Of a stretch of 64,000 bases of DNA, positions 10,278-18,270 are shown one piece after another (the first letter of the stretch is position 1; the number at the start of each line of letters is the position of its first letter). Both the position numbers and the translations under genes were made by a program. The notes under the pieces were generated by a model. That model ran no database searches. It saw only the letters and a program-made list of their open reading frames with translations, and was not told where the DNA came from. Source of the stretch: Parcubacteria group bacterium LiPW_41 (GTDB lineage: Bacteria; Patescibacteriota; Minisyncoccia; UBA6257; GWB1-50-10); assembly GCA_007375535.1 (NCBI GenBank), contig VMEM01000002.1:84265-148264 (forward strand), given 5' to 3'.

Positions 10278-10859
10278 CTATGCTTTTTCAACTCTCTCAA
10301 CGTATGCGCCTGTTTGAGTATTTACTCGGACTATGTCGCCCTCATTGATAAACATTGGGACGGTGAGTTTTGATCCGGTTTCCAAAATAACAACCTTGTC
10401 TCCACCTTGTGCGGTGTTTCCTCGTACTGCTGGGGCTGCCTCGGTCACCTTAAATTCCATTTTTACTGGAAGTTCAATGTTAATAAATTTATCTCCGAAT
10501 TTGTACGCCTTAACTTCCAAGTTTGGCTTTAGAAATGTTCCCATATTTTCCACTACCGCGTCAGTTAAGAAAAAGCGATTTTTTGGGTTTCCGGTTTCAT
10601 TAAAGAAATATTGATCTTTGCTGTGATAGAGGAATGTTACTGGCATCATTTCAATCTCTGCTTCGCGAAAGTCCTCATTTTGGTGTGCGGTGTAATCCTG
10701 ATTTTTTCCTGTTAAAAGATTTTTAATCTTTAATTGGGTTACTGGTTTTCTCTGTTGCATTCGAATAAATGCATATTCCAAAACCTGATATGGATTTGGA
10801 TCCTCATTTTTAGTGAAAATGGTGCCGACTTTGAGTTCGTTATATTCAAGCTGTGACAT
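10278..10859 (-). CDS. efp: Elongation factor P
   Basis: 193 aa; KVGTIF..NEDPNPYQVLEYAFIRMQ...LKIKNLLTGK...PMFINEGDIVRVNTQTGAYVERV matches EF-P along its whole length. Confidence 0.9.
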   Translation of the reverse strand: MSQLEYNELKVGTIFTKNEDPNPYQVLEYAFIRMQQRKPVTQLKIKNLLTGKNQDYTAHQNEDFREAEIEMMPVTFLYHSKDQYFFNETGNPKNRFFLTDAVVENMGTFLKPNLEVKAYKFGDKFINIELPVKMEFKVTEAAPAVRGNTAQGGDKVVILETGSKLTVPMFINEGDIVRVNTQTGAYVERVEKA

Positions 10860-10991
10860 GGGTTGTAGAAAGTATTCAGTAGTATGTATTTAGTACGGAC
10901 CAAATACATAACACCGAATGATTTTTTGTCATTTTTTCGACGTTCGTATTTTAAGAGATTTTTGTTGAATTTGCAATAAATTTCTCATTTT

Positions 10992-12188
10992 TTGGAAAAT
11001 GTGATATACATTCAAAGTATTCCAATGTCAAGAATAATAGAGCAAAAAAAAGAAAAAGTATTTGTGGGGCTTTCAGGGGGTGTGGACTCCTCAGTTGCTG
11101 CACATTTGTTAATAGAACAAGGCTACGATGTTGTGGGTGTTTTTTTGCGTTGTTATAACATTGATGGGTGTGCAGAGAGAGATGCAGAAGATGCACGACG
11201 TGTTGCAGAACATTTGAAAATCCCTTTTTATGTATTTGATTTTGAAGAAGAATATAAACAGCGCGTGGTTGATTATATGATTGATGGGTATAAGGCAGGA
11301 CTTACTCCAAATCCGGATGTGATGTGTAACAAGGAAATTAAATTTGGTTTATTTTTGGAAAGAGCACTCAAACTTGGTGCTGATTATGTGGCGACGGGAC
11401 ACTATGTACGCCTTCGGCGGAATGACGAATTTCTAAATTCGAATTTCGAAACAAATTCAAAATTCAAAATTCAAAATTCAGAATTATCACTTGCAATAGC
11501 AAGGGATTTGAATAAGGATCAGTCATATTTTTTGTGGACTCTTACGCAAGAACAATTGAAACATTCTTTATTTCCATTGGGAGATATTACGAAACCAGAA
11601 GTGCGCGCAATTGCGAAAAAAGTTGGACTTCCAACCGCAGAAAAGAAAGATTCTCAGGGAGTGTGTTTTTTGGGAATGGTAGATATGAAGGATTTTTTGA
11701 CAACGTTTATCAAAGAAGAGCGTGGGGATGTGCGAACAGTTGATGAAGAATTAGTTGGATATCACAAAGGAGTGCGTTTTTATACTATTGGACAGCGACA
11801 CTTTGATATTGAACTATTACCAATAAAAGGAAACACACGAAAACCATTTTATATTGCGAAGAAAGATATAAAAAATAATATCCTTTATGTTGCAGAAGGT
11901 GGAGAACACGAAGCTCTTACAAAGAAAGAAGTTGATCTCACTGGTGTTGTTATCGATGAATCGTTTTTGAAAAAAGAAGATGAATATGCTATCGAAATTC
12001 CAGTGATGGCGAGAGTGCGTTATCGTCAACCACTTTTTGATGCGGTTCTTTCTTTGTCTTGTCATCACTCATCCGTTGTTGGATGTAAATTACAATTTAA
12101 CTCTCCTCAAAGGTTTGTCGCCGAGGGACAATCGGCAGTTTTTTATAAAAAAGACGGAACATTGATTGGGGGTGGGGTAATCTTGTAA
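10992..12188 (+). CDS. mnmA: tRNA-specific 2-thiouridylase MnmA. An alternative ATG lies at about 11025. It contains an in-frame repetitive insertion
   Basis: PP-loop VFVGLSGGVDSSVAA; DAEDARRVAEHLKIPFYVFDF; NPDVMCNKEIKFG; ADYVATGHYVR; DQSYFLW; CFLG. Confidence 0.9.
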   Translation: MENVIYIQSIPMSRIIEQKKEKVFVGLSGGVDSSVAAHLLIEQGYDVVGVFLRCYNIDGCAERDAEDARRVAEHLKIPFYVFDFEEEYKQRVVDYMIDGYKAGLTPNPDVMCNKEIKFGLFLERALKLGADYVATGHYVRLRRNDEFLNSNFETNSKFKIQNSELSLAIARDLNKDQSYFLWTLTQEQLKHSLFPLGDITKPEVRAIAKKVGLPTAEKKDSQGVCFLGMVDMKDFLTTFIKEERGDVRTVDEELVGYHKGVRFYTIGQRHFDIELLPIKGNTRKPFYIAKKDIKNNILYVAEGGEHEALTKKEVDLTGVVIDESFLKKEDEYAIEIPVMARVRYRQPLFDAVLSLSCHHSSVVGCKLQFNSPQRFVAEGQSAVFYKKDGTLIGGGVIL

Positions 12189-12230
12189 TGCTTTATTTTT
12201 TTGGTATTTGGTGTATAATGGGGTAAATAT

Positions 12231-12812
12231 ATGCGGAATATACAAAAACCGCTTGGTATAATGGTTTTTTCGGCCCTGCTTCTTGCGGGCTCTGTTCTTG
12301 TTACCGAAGCAAAGACAAAAAAGGTGTTTGCGCAGGAGGCGACATCAACCCCTACGGTTGTGAATTTGGAGCCCACAAAATGGGAGGCTCTTGAGATTTT
12401 AGGACGTGGGAAGCTAGAAAAAGGAATGGTAATTGATGCGACATATTCCGAAGAGGAACTTAATGGGTTTATTGAGGGAGCACTTGCATCGAAAAATGTT
12501 TCTTGGTTTTTAGATCAGGCTTCAATAAAGATTAACAAAGGAAACGCAGAATTTTCGGGAAGAATGTTAAAGCCAATAAAAGGATGGCTTGTGGTCAACA
12601 CTTCTGTGTTAGTTGAAAATGAAAAACTGGTGATTAAGATCAATTCTGCACGATATGGGATATTTAGAGTTCCTGCATCATTTGTTGAAAGAGTTGGGAA
12701 TTTCATTTTGAAAAAGAAGGCAATGACTGAATGGTTTAATGTTCCGAATGCACGGTTTGAGGATATAACTTTTTCTCCTGGTTCAGTTCACGTTCGAGTT
12801 GTTGGTGAATAA
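12231..12812 (+). CDS. Hypothetical secreted protein (signal peptide)
   Basis: N-terminal MRNIQKPLGIMVFSALLLAGSVLVTEA looks like a signal peptide. Lies upstream of comEC. Confidence 0.45.
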   Translation: MRNIQKPLGIMVFSALLLAGSVLVTEAKTKKVFAQEATSTPTVVNLEPTKWEALEILGRGKLEKGMVIDATYSEEELNGFIEGALASKNVSWFLDQASIKINKGNAEFSGRMLKPIKGWLVVNTSVLVENEKLVIKINSARYGIFRVPASFVERVGNFILKKKAMTEWFNVPNARFEDITFSPGSVHVRVVGE

Positions 12813-12823
12813 TTTCGGAAAAA

Positions 12824-14275
12824 ATGTTTCCCCACGATTTCTGTTTCTATAGTGGGTTCGCATTTCTTGTTGGCGTTGCGGCGGCACTTTTAGGAGTTCC
12901 GCCTTTTTTTATTACTTTTGCAGCACTAGTGTGTGTTGTTTTTTGCTTTATACAGGGATATATACAACGTGATAGTTGGATGCAGGGACTTGGAATCTGT
13001 GCGTTGTTTGTTTTGGTTGGTGGGTGGTATGTCAGTGTTCGATATGAGAGATTTAGTTCAATTGAGGTTCCTTATAATAAGACAATTCAATTCGAGGGAT
13101 GTATTGCGAGTGAATCAAGATTTTCTGCGTCTTCTCGTGAAGCAACGCTTCATGTATTGAAACCGTTTGTTGGAGATGTTTTGTTTCGTGTAAGAGATGG
13201 AGAAAATATTTCGTATGGAGACTGTATTCGTGGAGAAGGGAAGATAGTGAAACCACTAAAAAACTCAGTAAATTATTTTTTAAAGGAAGGTTTATATGGA
13301 ACTATTTCATATCCGAAATTTTCTTTAACAGGAGAATGGAGAGGCTCAAAAATTAAAAATGTAATGATAAGTGCAAAACAACGGATTATGAATACATTTT
13401 TGACTGTTCTTTCACGAGATGAGGCTACATTTCTTGCTGGTCTTACTATTGGTGCTAAGGGTGAGTTTCCTGATGAGTTGGTCCAAGCATTTAAGAAAAG
13501 TGGAACGACACATCTTGTTGCGCTTTCTGGATACAACATAATGATTGTTGTTTCTGTTTTAATGTTGTTATTTGTTCGTCTGTTTAAACGACGATATGCA
13601 GTGATTACAACAATGATTTTTATATTTTTGTTTACATTTTTTGCGGGTGCGGAAAGTTCTTTGGTTCGTGCGGCGATTCTTGGATGTATTGGAATGGTAG
13701 CGGGTGAGGTTGGTCGGATCTATGATATTCGTCAGGCCGTAACTGTTGCAGCGGTGGGGATGGTACTTGTTAATCCTTTTGTTCTTATTTTTGATATTGG
13801 ATTTCAACTCTCATTTGCGGCATTTCTTGCTATTGCATATTGTTCTCCAGCGTTTTTTGAATTATTTCGTATTTCAGATAATCCAAATAAATATATGAAG
13901 ATTGTTATTGATTCATTATCTGCACAACTTATGACACTTCCTATTATTGCGATGCAATTTGGAACATTTTCGTTTGTTGGTATTATTGCAACATTTGCAT
14001 TAATGGAGTTTATTCCATTTACAATGGCTTTTGGATTCATTGCTGCTGGATTTTCATTTATCTCACCCCTTGTTGCTCAGATCCCATTATTTCTTGTTGG
14101 TATTCTATTAAAGTGTGAGCTCTTTCTCATTCGTATATTTGGTTCGTTTCCTATGGTTGAGTGGAAGATGAATTCATTTGTTTTTGTTGTTTACTATGGA
14201 TTACTTATTACATTTATTTGGATATACTTACAAAAAAGAAATGTACGAAATCGTATACACATTGTGGAGGGATAA
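12824..14275 (+). CDS. comEC: ComEC/Rec2 competence channel, N-terminal part (DUF4131 plus Competence domain). The ORF stops inside the overlap with the next ORF
   Basis: Polytopic membrane protein; GTTHLVALSGYNIMIV (ComEC motif); many TM helices. Confidence 0.8.
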   Translation: MFPHDFCFYSGFAFLVGVAAALLGVPPFFITFAALVCVVFCFIQGYIQRDSWMQGLGICALFVLVGGWYVSVRYERFSSIEVPYNKTIQFEGCIASESRFSASSREATLHVLKPFVGDVLFRVRDGENISYGDCIRGEGKIVKPLKNSVNYFLKEGLYGTISYPKFSLTGEWRGSKIKNVMISAKQRIMNTFLTVLSRDEATFLAGLTIGAKGEFPDELVQAFKKSGTTHLVALSGYNIMIVVSVLMLLFVRLFKRRYAVITTMIFIFLFTFFAGAESSLVRAAILGCIGMVAGEVGRIYDIRQAVTVAAVGMVLVNPFVLIFDIGFQLSFAAFLAIAYCSPAFFELFRISDNPNKYMKIVIDSLSAQLMTLPIIAMQFGTFSFVGIIATFALMEFIPFTMAFGFIAAGFSFISPLVAQIPLFLVGILLKCELFLIRIFGSFPMVEWKMNSFVFVVYYGLLITFIWIYLQKRNVRNRIHIVEG

Positions 14276-15125
14276 TAAGAAATATTTTTTACTTTTGTTT
14301 ATTATTTTGTTTGTTGCAAATTGTGTTTTTGGGATACTTATTTTTTCCTCATTTCAAAGTTCATTAAGTGAAATTTATTTTTTAAATGTTGGACAAGGAG
14401 ATGCGGAACTTATTACGCTTGATTCTGGTGCGGTGATGCTAGTTGATGCTGGACCGCCAAACGGAATGGTTCTTGATTCGCTTTCTCGTGTGTTTCCAGT
14501 GGGAAATCGTTCAATTGATCTGTTGTTTGTTTCACACCCAGAATCTGATCATATGGGCGGAATTCAGTCACTATTAGATACATATCGAATTGGTGCTGTT
14601 GTGTATTCAGGAAGAGAGGGAGTAAGTGATTTATGGAAAAGAACAAAGAAAATGATTGAAGAGAAAAACATTCAAATTATTTCTGTTGGTAAGGGTGATA
14701 GGATAAAAACAGGAGATTCTATTATAAATGTTCTTTCTCCAGATTTTTCTTTGCTAAACAGAAAAGAAACAAATGAGTCATCGCTTGTATTGGAACTTAT
14801 TGAGCGGGACACTCGTTCCTTGTTTGTTGGTGATAGTGGAAAGGTAGCAGAGGCAAATTTTATTAGGGCGACAAATGAAACGATCGATATTTTAAAAGTT
14901 GGGCATCACGGTTCTAAATATTCTTCACTTGATTTGTTTCTTGGTACTATAAAACCAAATATTGCAGTTATTGAGGTTGGAAAAAATTCATATGGACATC
15001 CAACACAAGAAGTACTTTCTCGGCTTTCAAATATTGGTGCAAGCATTTTTAGAACCGATCAAGATGGAACGGTTACTATTGAACTACTCGGTGAGGGGAG
15101 AATAAATGTTTTTAAAGAAAAATAA
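14178..15125 (+). CDS. comEC: ComEC C-terminal metallo-beta-lactamase (nuclease) domain, written as a separate +1-frame ORF that overlaps the previous one
   Basis: YFLNVGQGDAELITLDSG...VDAGPP...VSHPESDHMGG...LKVGHHGS is the MBL fold typical of the ComEC C-terminus. Confidence 0.8.
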   Translation: MFLLFTMDYLLHLFGYTYKKEMYEIVYTLWRDNKKYFLLLFIILFVANCVFGILIFSSFQSSLSEIYFLNVGQGDAELITLDSGAVMLVDAGPPNGMVLDSLSRVFPVGNRSIDLLFVSHPESDHMGGIQSLLDTYRIGAVVYSGREGVSDLWKRTKKMIEEKNIQIISVGKGDRIKTGDSIINVLSPDFSLLNRKETNESSLVLELIERDTRSLFVGDSGKVAEANFIRATNETIDILKVGHHGSKYSSLDLFLGTIKPNIAVIEVGKNSYGHPTQEVLSRLSNIGASIFRTDQDGTVTIELLGEGRINVFKEK

Positions 15126-15126
15126 C

Positions 15127-15175
15127 ACAATTGTCCGAGGTCCGACCTCGGACAATTGTGAGGGTTGGTTGTATT
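15127..15175 (+). terminator. Perfect 17-bp inverted repeat followed by a T-rich tract. Likely the terminator of comEC, and possibly also a regulator-binding palindrome
   Basis: cacaattgtccgaggtc c gacctcggacaattgtg, then gggttggttgtattttgattttt. Confidence 0.5.
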
Positions 15176-15213
15176 TTGATTTTTATGGTGTAAGTTGGTA
15201 TTCTAAACGTGAT

Positions 15214-16617
15214 ATGGAACGAACACTTATTAAGGATGTCGGAGCACATGTCGGAGAGGAAATTACTATCAAGGGATGGGTTGATGTTCGTCGCGATCAT
15301 GGAAAATTAATATTTATTGATGTTCGTGATTGGACGGGACCTGCACAGGTTGTGTTTTTGCCAAACAATAAAGAGTTACACGAAAAGGCAAGTGCATTGC
15401 GTTCTGAGTGGGTAATTGAACTTACGGGGACGGTTCAGAAACGTCCTGAAGGACTCATTAATAGTAAGATTGCATCGGGTGCATATGAAATGCTTGCAAC
15501 TGGGCTTGTGATATTGAATGAGGCAAAGACGCCACCATTTGAAGTTGGCGCAGACGGCCGAGATGTGAGTGAAGAGGTGCGAATGAAGTATCGATATATC
15601 GATGTTCGTCGACCTCGACTCCAGAAAAATCTCCGCAATCGAACTAAAGTTTTTCAGTTGATTCGAAATTATCTCATTGGGGAGAATTTCGTAGAAGTAG
15701 AAACTCCAATCTTAACTAAATCGACTCCAGAGGGTGCGCGTGATTATTTGGTTCCATCACGCATTCATGAGGGAACGTTTTATGCGCTTCCTCAGTCGCC
15801 ACAGCAATACAAGCAGTTGTGTATGGTTGCGGGGTTTGATAGATATTTTCAGCTTGCTCGATGTTTTCGAGATGAGGATACACGTGGAGATCGTCAGCCT
15901 GAGTTCACACAACTTGATATTGAAATGAGCTTTGTTGATCGAGAAGATGTGATGGTGGTGAATGAGGCCCTTTTAATAAAACTCGTAACAGAATTATATC
16001 CTGAGAAAAAAATACAACAGATTCCTTTTCCAAGAATTTCATATAAAGAAGCACAGGAAAAATATGGAACCGATAGACCCGATATGCGGGAGGATAAAAA
16101 TGATCCAAATCTTCTTGCGTTCTGTTGGGTGATTGATTTTCCTTTCTTTGAAAAAACAGACAATGGAGGATGGACTTTCACACACAATCCATTTTCAGCA
16201 CCAAAGCCGGAATATATGAGTGATCTACTTGAAGGAAAAAATATTGGAGATATTCTTACTACTCAATATGATATTGTTTTGAACGGGTGGGAGATTGGTG
16301 GGGGAAGTGTTCGCAACCATCGGGCGGAAGCATTGAAATCTGTATTTAGAATTATGGGATTTGAGGAAGAGAGAATTCTTAAGAATTTTGGACATATGCT
16401 TGAAGCATTTGAATTTGGTGCTCCGCCACATGGAGGAATTGCGTGGGGAATGGATCGAGTGATGATGATTTTGGAAAATGAACCAAACATTCGTGAAGTC
16501 ATTGCATTTCCAAAGACAGGAGATGGAAGCGATTTAATGATGAATGCACCATCAGAAGTTTCTCCGGAACAGTTAAGAGAATTACGATTAGAAATAAAAA
16601 AGAAACCACAAAAATAG
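15214..16617 (+). CDS. aspS: Aspartyl-tRNA synthetase, compact form without a GAD insertion. The ORF track starts at 15106 and runs through the upstream palindrome
   Basis: Class II motifs: FRDEDTRGDRQPEFTQLDIE, QSPQQYKQL, GAPPHGGIAWGMDRVMMIL; N-terminal OB domain. Confidence 0.9.
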   Translation: MERTLIKDVGAHVGEEITIKGWVDVRRDHGKLIFIDVRDWTGPAQVVFLPNNKELHEKASALRSEWVIELTGTVQKRPEGLINSKIASGAYEMLATGLVILNEAKTPPFEVGADGRDVSEEVRMKYRYIDVRRPRLQKNLRNRTKVFQLIRNYLIGENFVEVETPILTKSTPEGARDYLVPSRIHEGTFYALPQSPQQYKQLCMVAGFDRYFQLARCFRDEDTRGDRQPEFTQLDIEMSFVDREDVMVVNEALLIKLVTELYPEKKIQQIPFPRISYKEAQEKYGTDRPDMREDKNDPNLLAFCWVIDFPFFEKTDNGGWTFTHNPFSAPKPEYMSDLLEGKNIGDILTTQYDIVLNGWEIGGGSVRNHRAEALKSVFRIMGFEEERILKNFGHMLEAFEFGAPPHGGIAWGMDRVMMILENEPNIREVIAFPKTGDGSDLMMNAPSEVSPEQLRELRLEIKKKPQK

Positions 16618-16639
16618 CAACTAGAGTTTAGTGAATAGG

Positions 16640-16672
16640 GCATAGGGAAAATCCGTAGGAATACGGATTTTT
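16640..16672 (+). terminator. Terminator after aspS
   Basis: aaaatccgtaggaatacggattttta. Confidence 0.5.
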
Positions 16673-16676
16673 AAGC

Positions 16677-16728
16677 TTGACAAAATACTATATATATTGA
16701 CTTTTATTGTATATGTGATATAATATCT
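16677..16728 (+). promoter_or_regulatory. Sigma-70-like promoter upstream of the DGR target gene
   Basis: TTGACA at 16677 and TTGACT at 16700, then a 17-nt spacer to TATAAT at about 16723. Confidence 0.5.
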
Positions 16729-16776
16729 GCAACATTAAAAACGACTTATCTGATGCTTCCGAAAGGGTAGTAGGAG

Positions 16777-17460
16777 GTGATGGAGAGTCAAAATATGAGG
16801 TGTATCATGGCAAAGAAATCAGTTGATATGGCAGTGTTTCAAAATTGGATTAACACTATTTCCAATTTACTTACAGCAATTAAAAAGCTTGGCGGAACTG
16901 CTGATGCGTTTAAAAATTTCAACAAACAGGAAGTAATTGACGCAGTAGCAGAACTTCTTGTTGGTAAAACCGATGATTTGAAATTGAAATTTCTTATGGT
17001 TATAAAAGAATCAATCTCAATTACAACATCAGCATTTAGCAAGTCGCTATTCACAACAAGCACTAACCCCAAATACTACATTTGGGAAAACTTCCAGAAA
17101 TGGATATTGAACAAGGCATCTGATTTTATCCCCGAATTCAAAGGAACAGTGAAGTCCCTGAAGCTTACCAAAAGCATGAAGGATTCTGAAATCCTTGCAG
17201 AAATCGGTGAATCAAACATCTTTTCTATCGACGAAGCATGTGCCATTTTCAAAGCACTTACTGAACGTCAACCTAATGGTGAAGCAGGTGATCTTATAAA
17301 CAACGGATATGCGAATATCATCTATGTTCGCCTAGACGAAAAAACTGTTGTTCCTGCGCGCGTGCGTTGGAATTTTGACAATCGCGAGTGGCGCTTGATT
17401 GCGCGCTCGTTTGATGACTATTCGTGGTTTGCTGTCCATTCTGTTCTTGTTCGGGGCTAA
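16777..17460 (+). CDS. DGR target (variable) protein. Its C-terminal 37 aa are encoded by the VR. No signal peptide is evident
   Basis: SD gtaggaggtg sits 3 nt upstream. The C-terminal VVPARVRWNFDNREWRLIARSFDDYSWFAVHSVLVRG corresponds to the TR-encoded VVPANVNWNSDNRKWNLNANSFDNNSWNADHSVLVR. Confidence 0.7.
   Translation: MMESQNMRCIMAKKSVDMAVFQNWINTISNLLTAIKKLGGTADAFKNFNKQEVIDAVAELLVGKTDDLKLKFLMVIKESISITTSAFSKSLFTTSTNPKYYIWENFQKWILNKASDFIPEFKGTVKSLKLTKSMKDSEILAEIGESNIFSIDEACAIFKALTERQPNGEAGDLINNGYANIIYVRLDEKTVVPARVRWNFDNREWRLIARSFDDYSWFAVHSVLVRG
17340..17453 (+). repeat. DGR variable repeat (VR) at the 3' end of the target gene
   Basis: About 107-114 bp, roughly 85% identical to 17776-17889. 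It differs at 16 positions, and at 15 of them the other copy has A. Confidence 0.75.
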
Positions 17461-17775
17461 TCATCTTGAACACTGAATATTGATATATTGTTTTGATTAT
17501 TGTCTTATTGACCTTATTTCCGAATGGAAATAAGGTCTTTGTTTTATACTTAGTAATGAATTATTGATTTTGTTTCGGTTACAACTTAGACAACAATATT
17601 TCAAATTATTTTATTCTGGAATTTTGCTTGGTACGCCTTGCAAGAGAGTGGGTAAAATAATTTTTATAATATAAATGATTAGCCCGTATATTTTGCTATC
17701 GAATTATATATTTGGAATTCAATACAACCCAAAGAAGAATCAATGGGTGGTGGCAATGAAGGCAAAATATATAAT

Positions 17776-17889
17776 AGTTGGTGTTGTTCCTGCGAACGTG
17801 AATTGGAATTCTGACAATCGCAAGTGGAACTTGAATGCGAACTCGTTTGATAACAATTCGTGGAATGCTGACCATTCTGTTCTTGTTCG
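17776..17889 (+). repeat. DGR template repeat (TR). AAC-codon rich and non-coding; the ORF 17675-18004 that spans it is not a real gene
   Basis: It carries A at the mismatch positions (AAC/AAT where the VR has CGC/CGT, and so on). The 3' ~30 nt are identical to the VR end. Confidence 0.75.
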
Positions 17890-17893
17890 ATGC

Positions 17894-18214
17894 TTATCGT
17901 TTATTTATTCCCCGCATATTTTTTGCGGGGAATCCCGTTTCTATGTTTCGTTTCCATCCATACAACATTTTTCCTATTTCTCCAAGTTGTTCGGTAAGCT
18001 TTGAAAAATGTGAGGTTGAAATTATTTTTGATTCCCAGGAGAGTTGAATAAGCATTTTTAGTGTATCTAGTTTTGCAATTGCCACTTCCAGTATTTCCAT
18101 TTTTCTAATCGGAGATGCATAGAGTGCTTTAAATAATAACTCAATATATCGAATAAATAGCTCATCAATTCTTTCTCCAAGTGTATAGCGCGATGATTTG
18201 GGAATGTGTGGCAT
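17894..18214 (-). CDS. avd: Avd-like accessory variability determinant (four-helix-bundle family). It is encoded on the strand opposite to TR and RT
   Basis: 106 aa, helical. ...SHFSKLTEQLGEIGKMLYGWKRN matches the Avd/four-helix-bundle C-terminal motif (GxMLGGW-like). Confidence 0.6.
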   Translation of the reverse strand: MPHIPKSSRYTLGERIDELFIRYIELLFKALYASPIRKMEILEVAIAKLDTLKMLIQLSWESKIISTSHFSKLTEQLGEIGKMLYGWKRNIETGFPAKNMRGINKR

Positions 18215-18270
18215 GATCGAAACCCAGAAAATATATGCTTCTTTTGATTTTAGTATTATTTTAGGAACAG

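Noticed and set aside
12933-14040. Alternative-frame ORFs inside comEC
   Set aside because: They are embedded in a polytopic membrane protein gene with strong family motifs in the main frame.
17675-18004. A 109-aa plus-strand ORF, and the overlapping 70-aa ORF at 17835-18047
   Set aside because: They span the DGR template repeat. The protein-like sequence is a consequence of the TR being a copy of the VR coding sequence, and the TR is expected to be non-coding.
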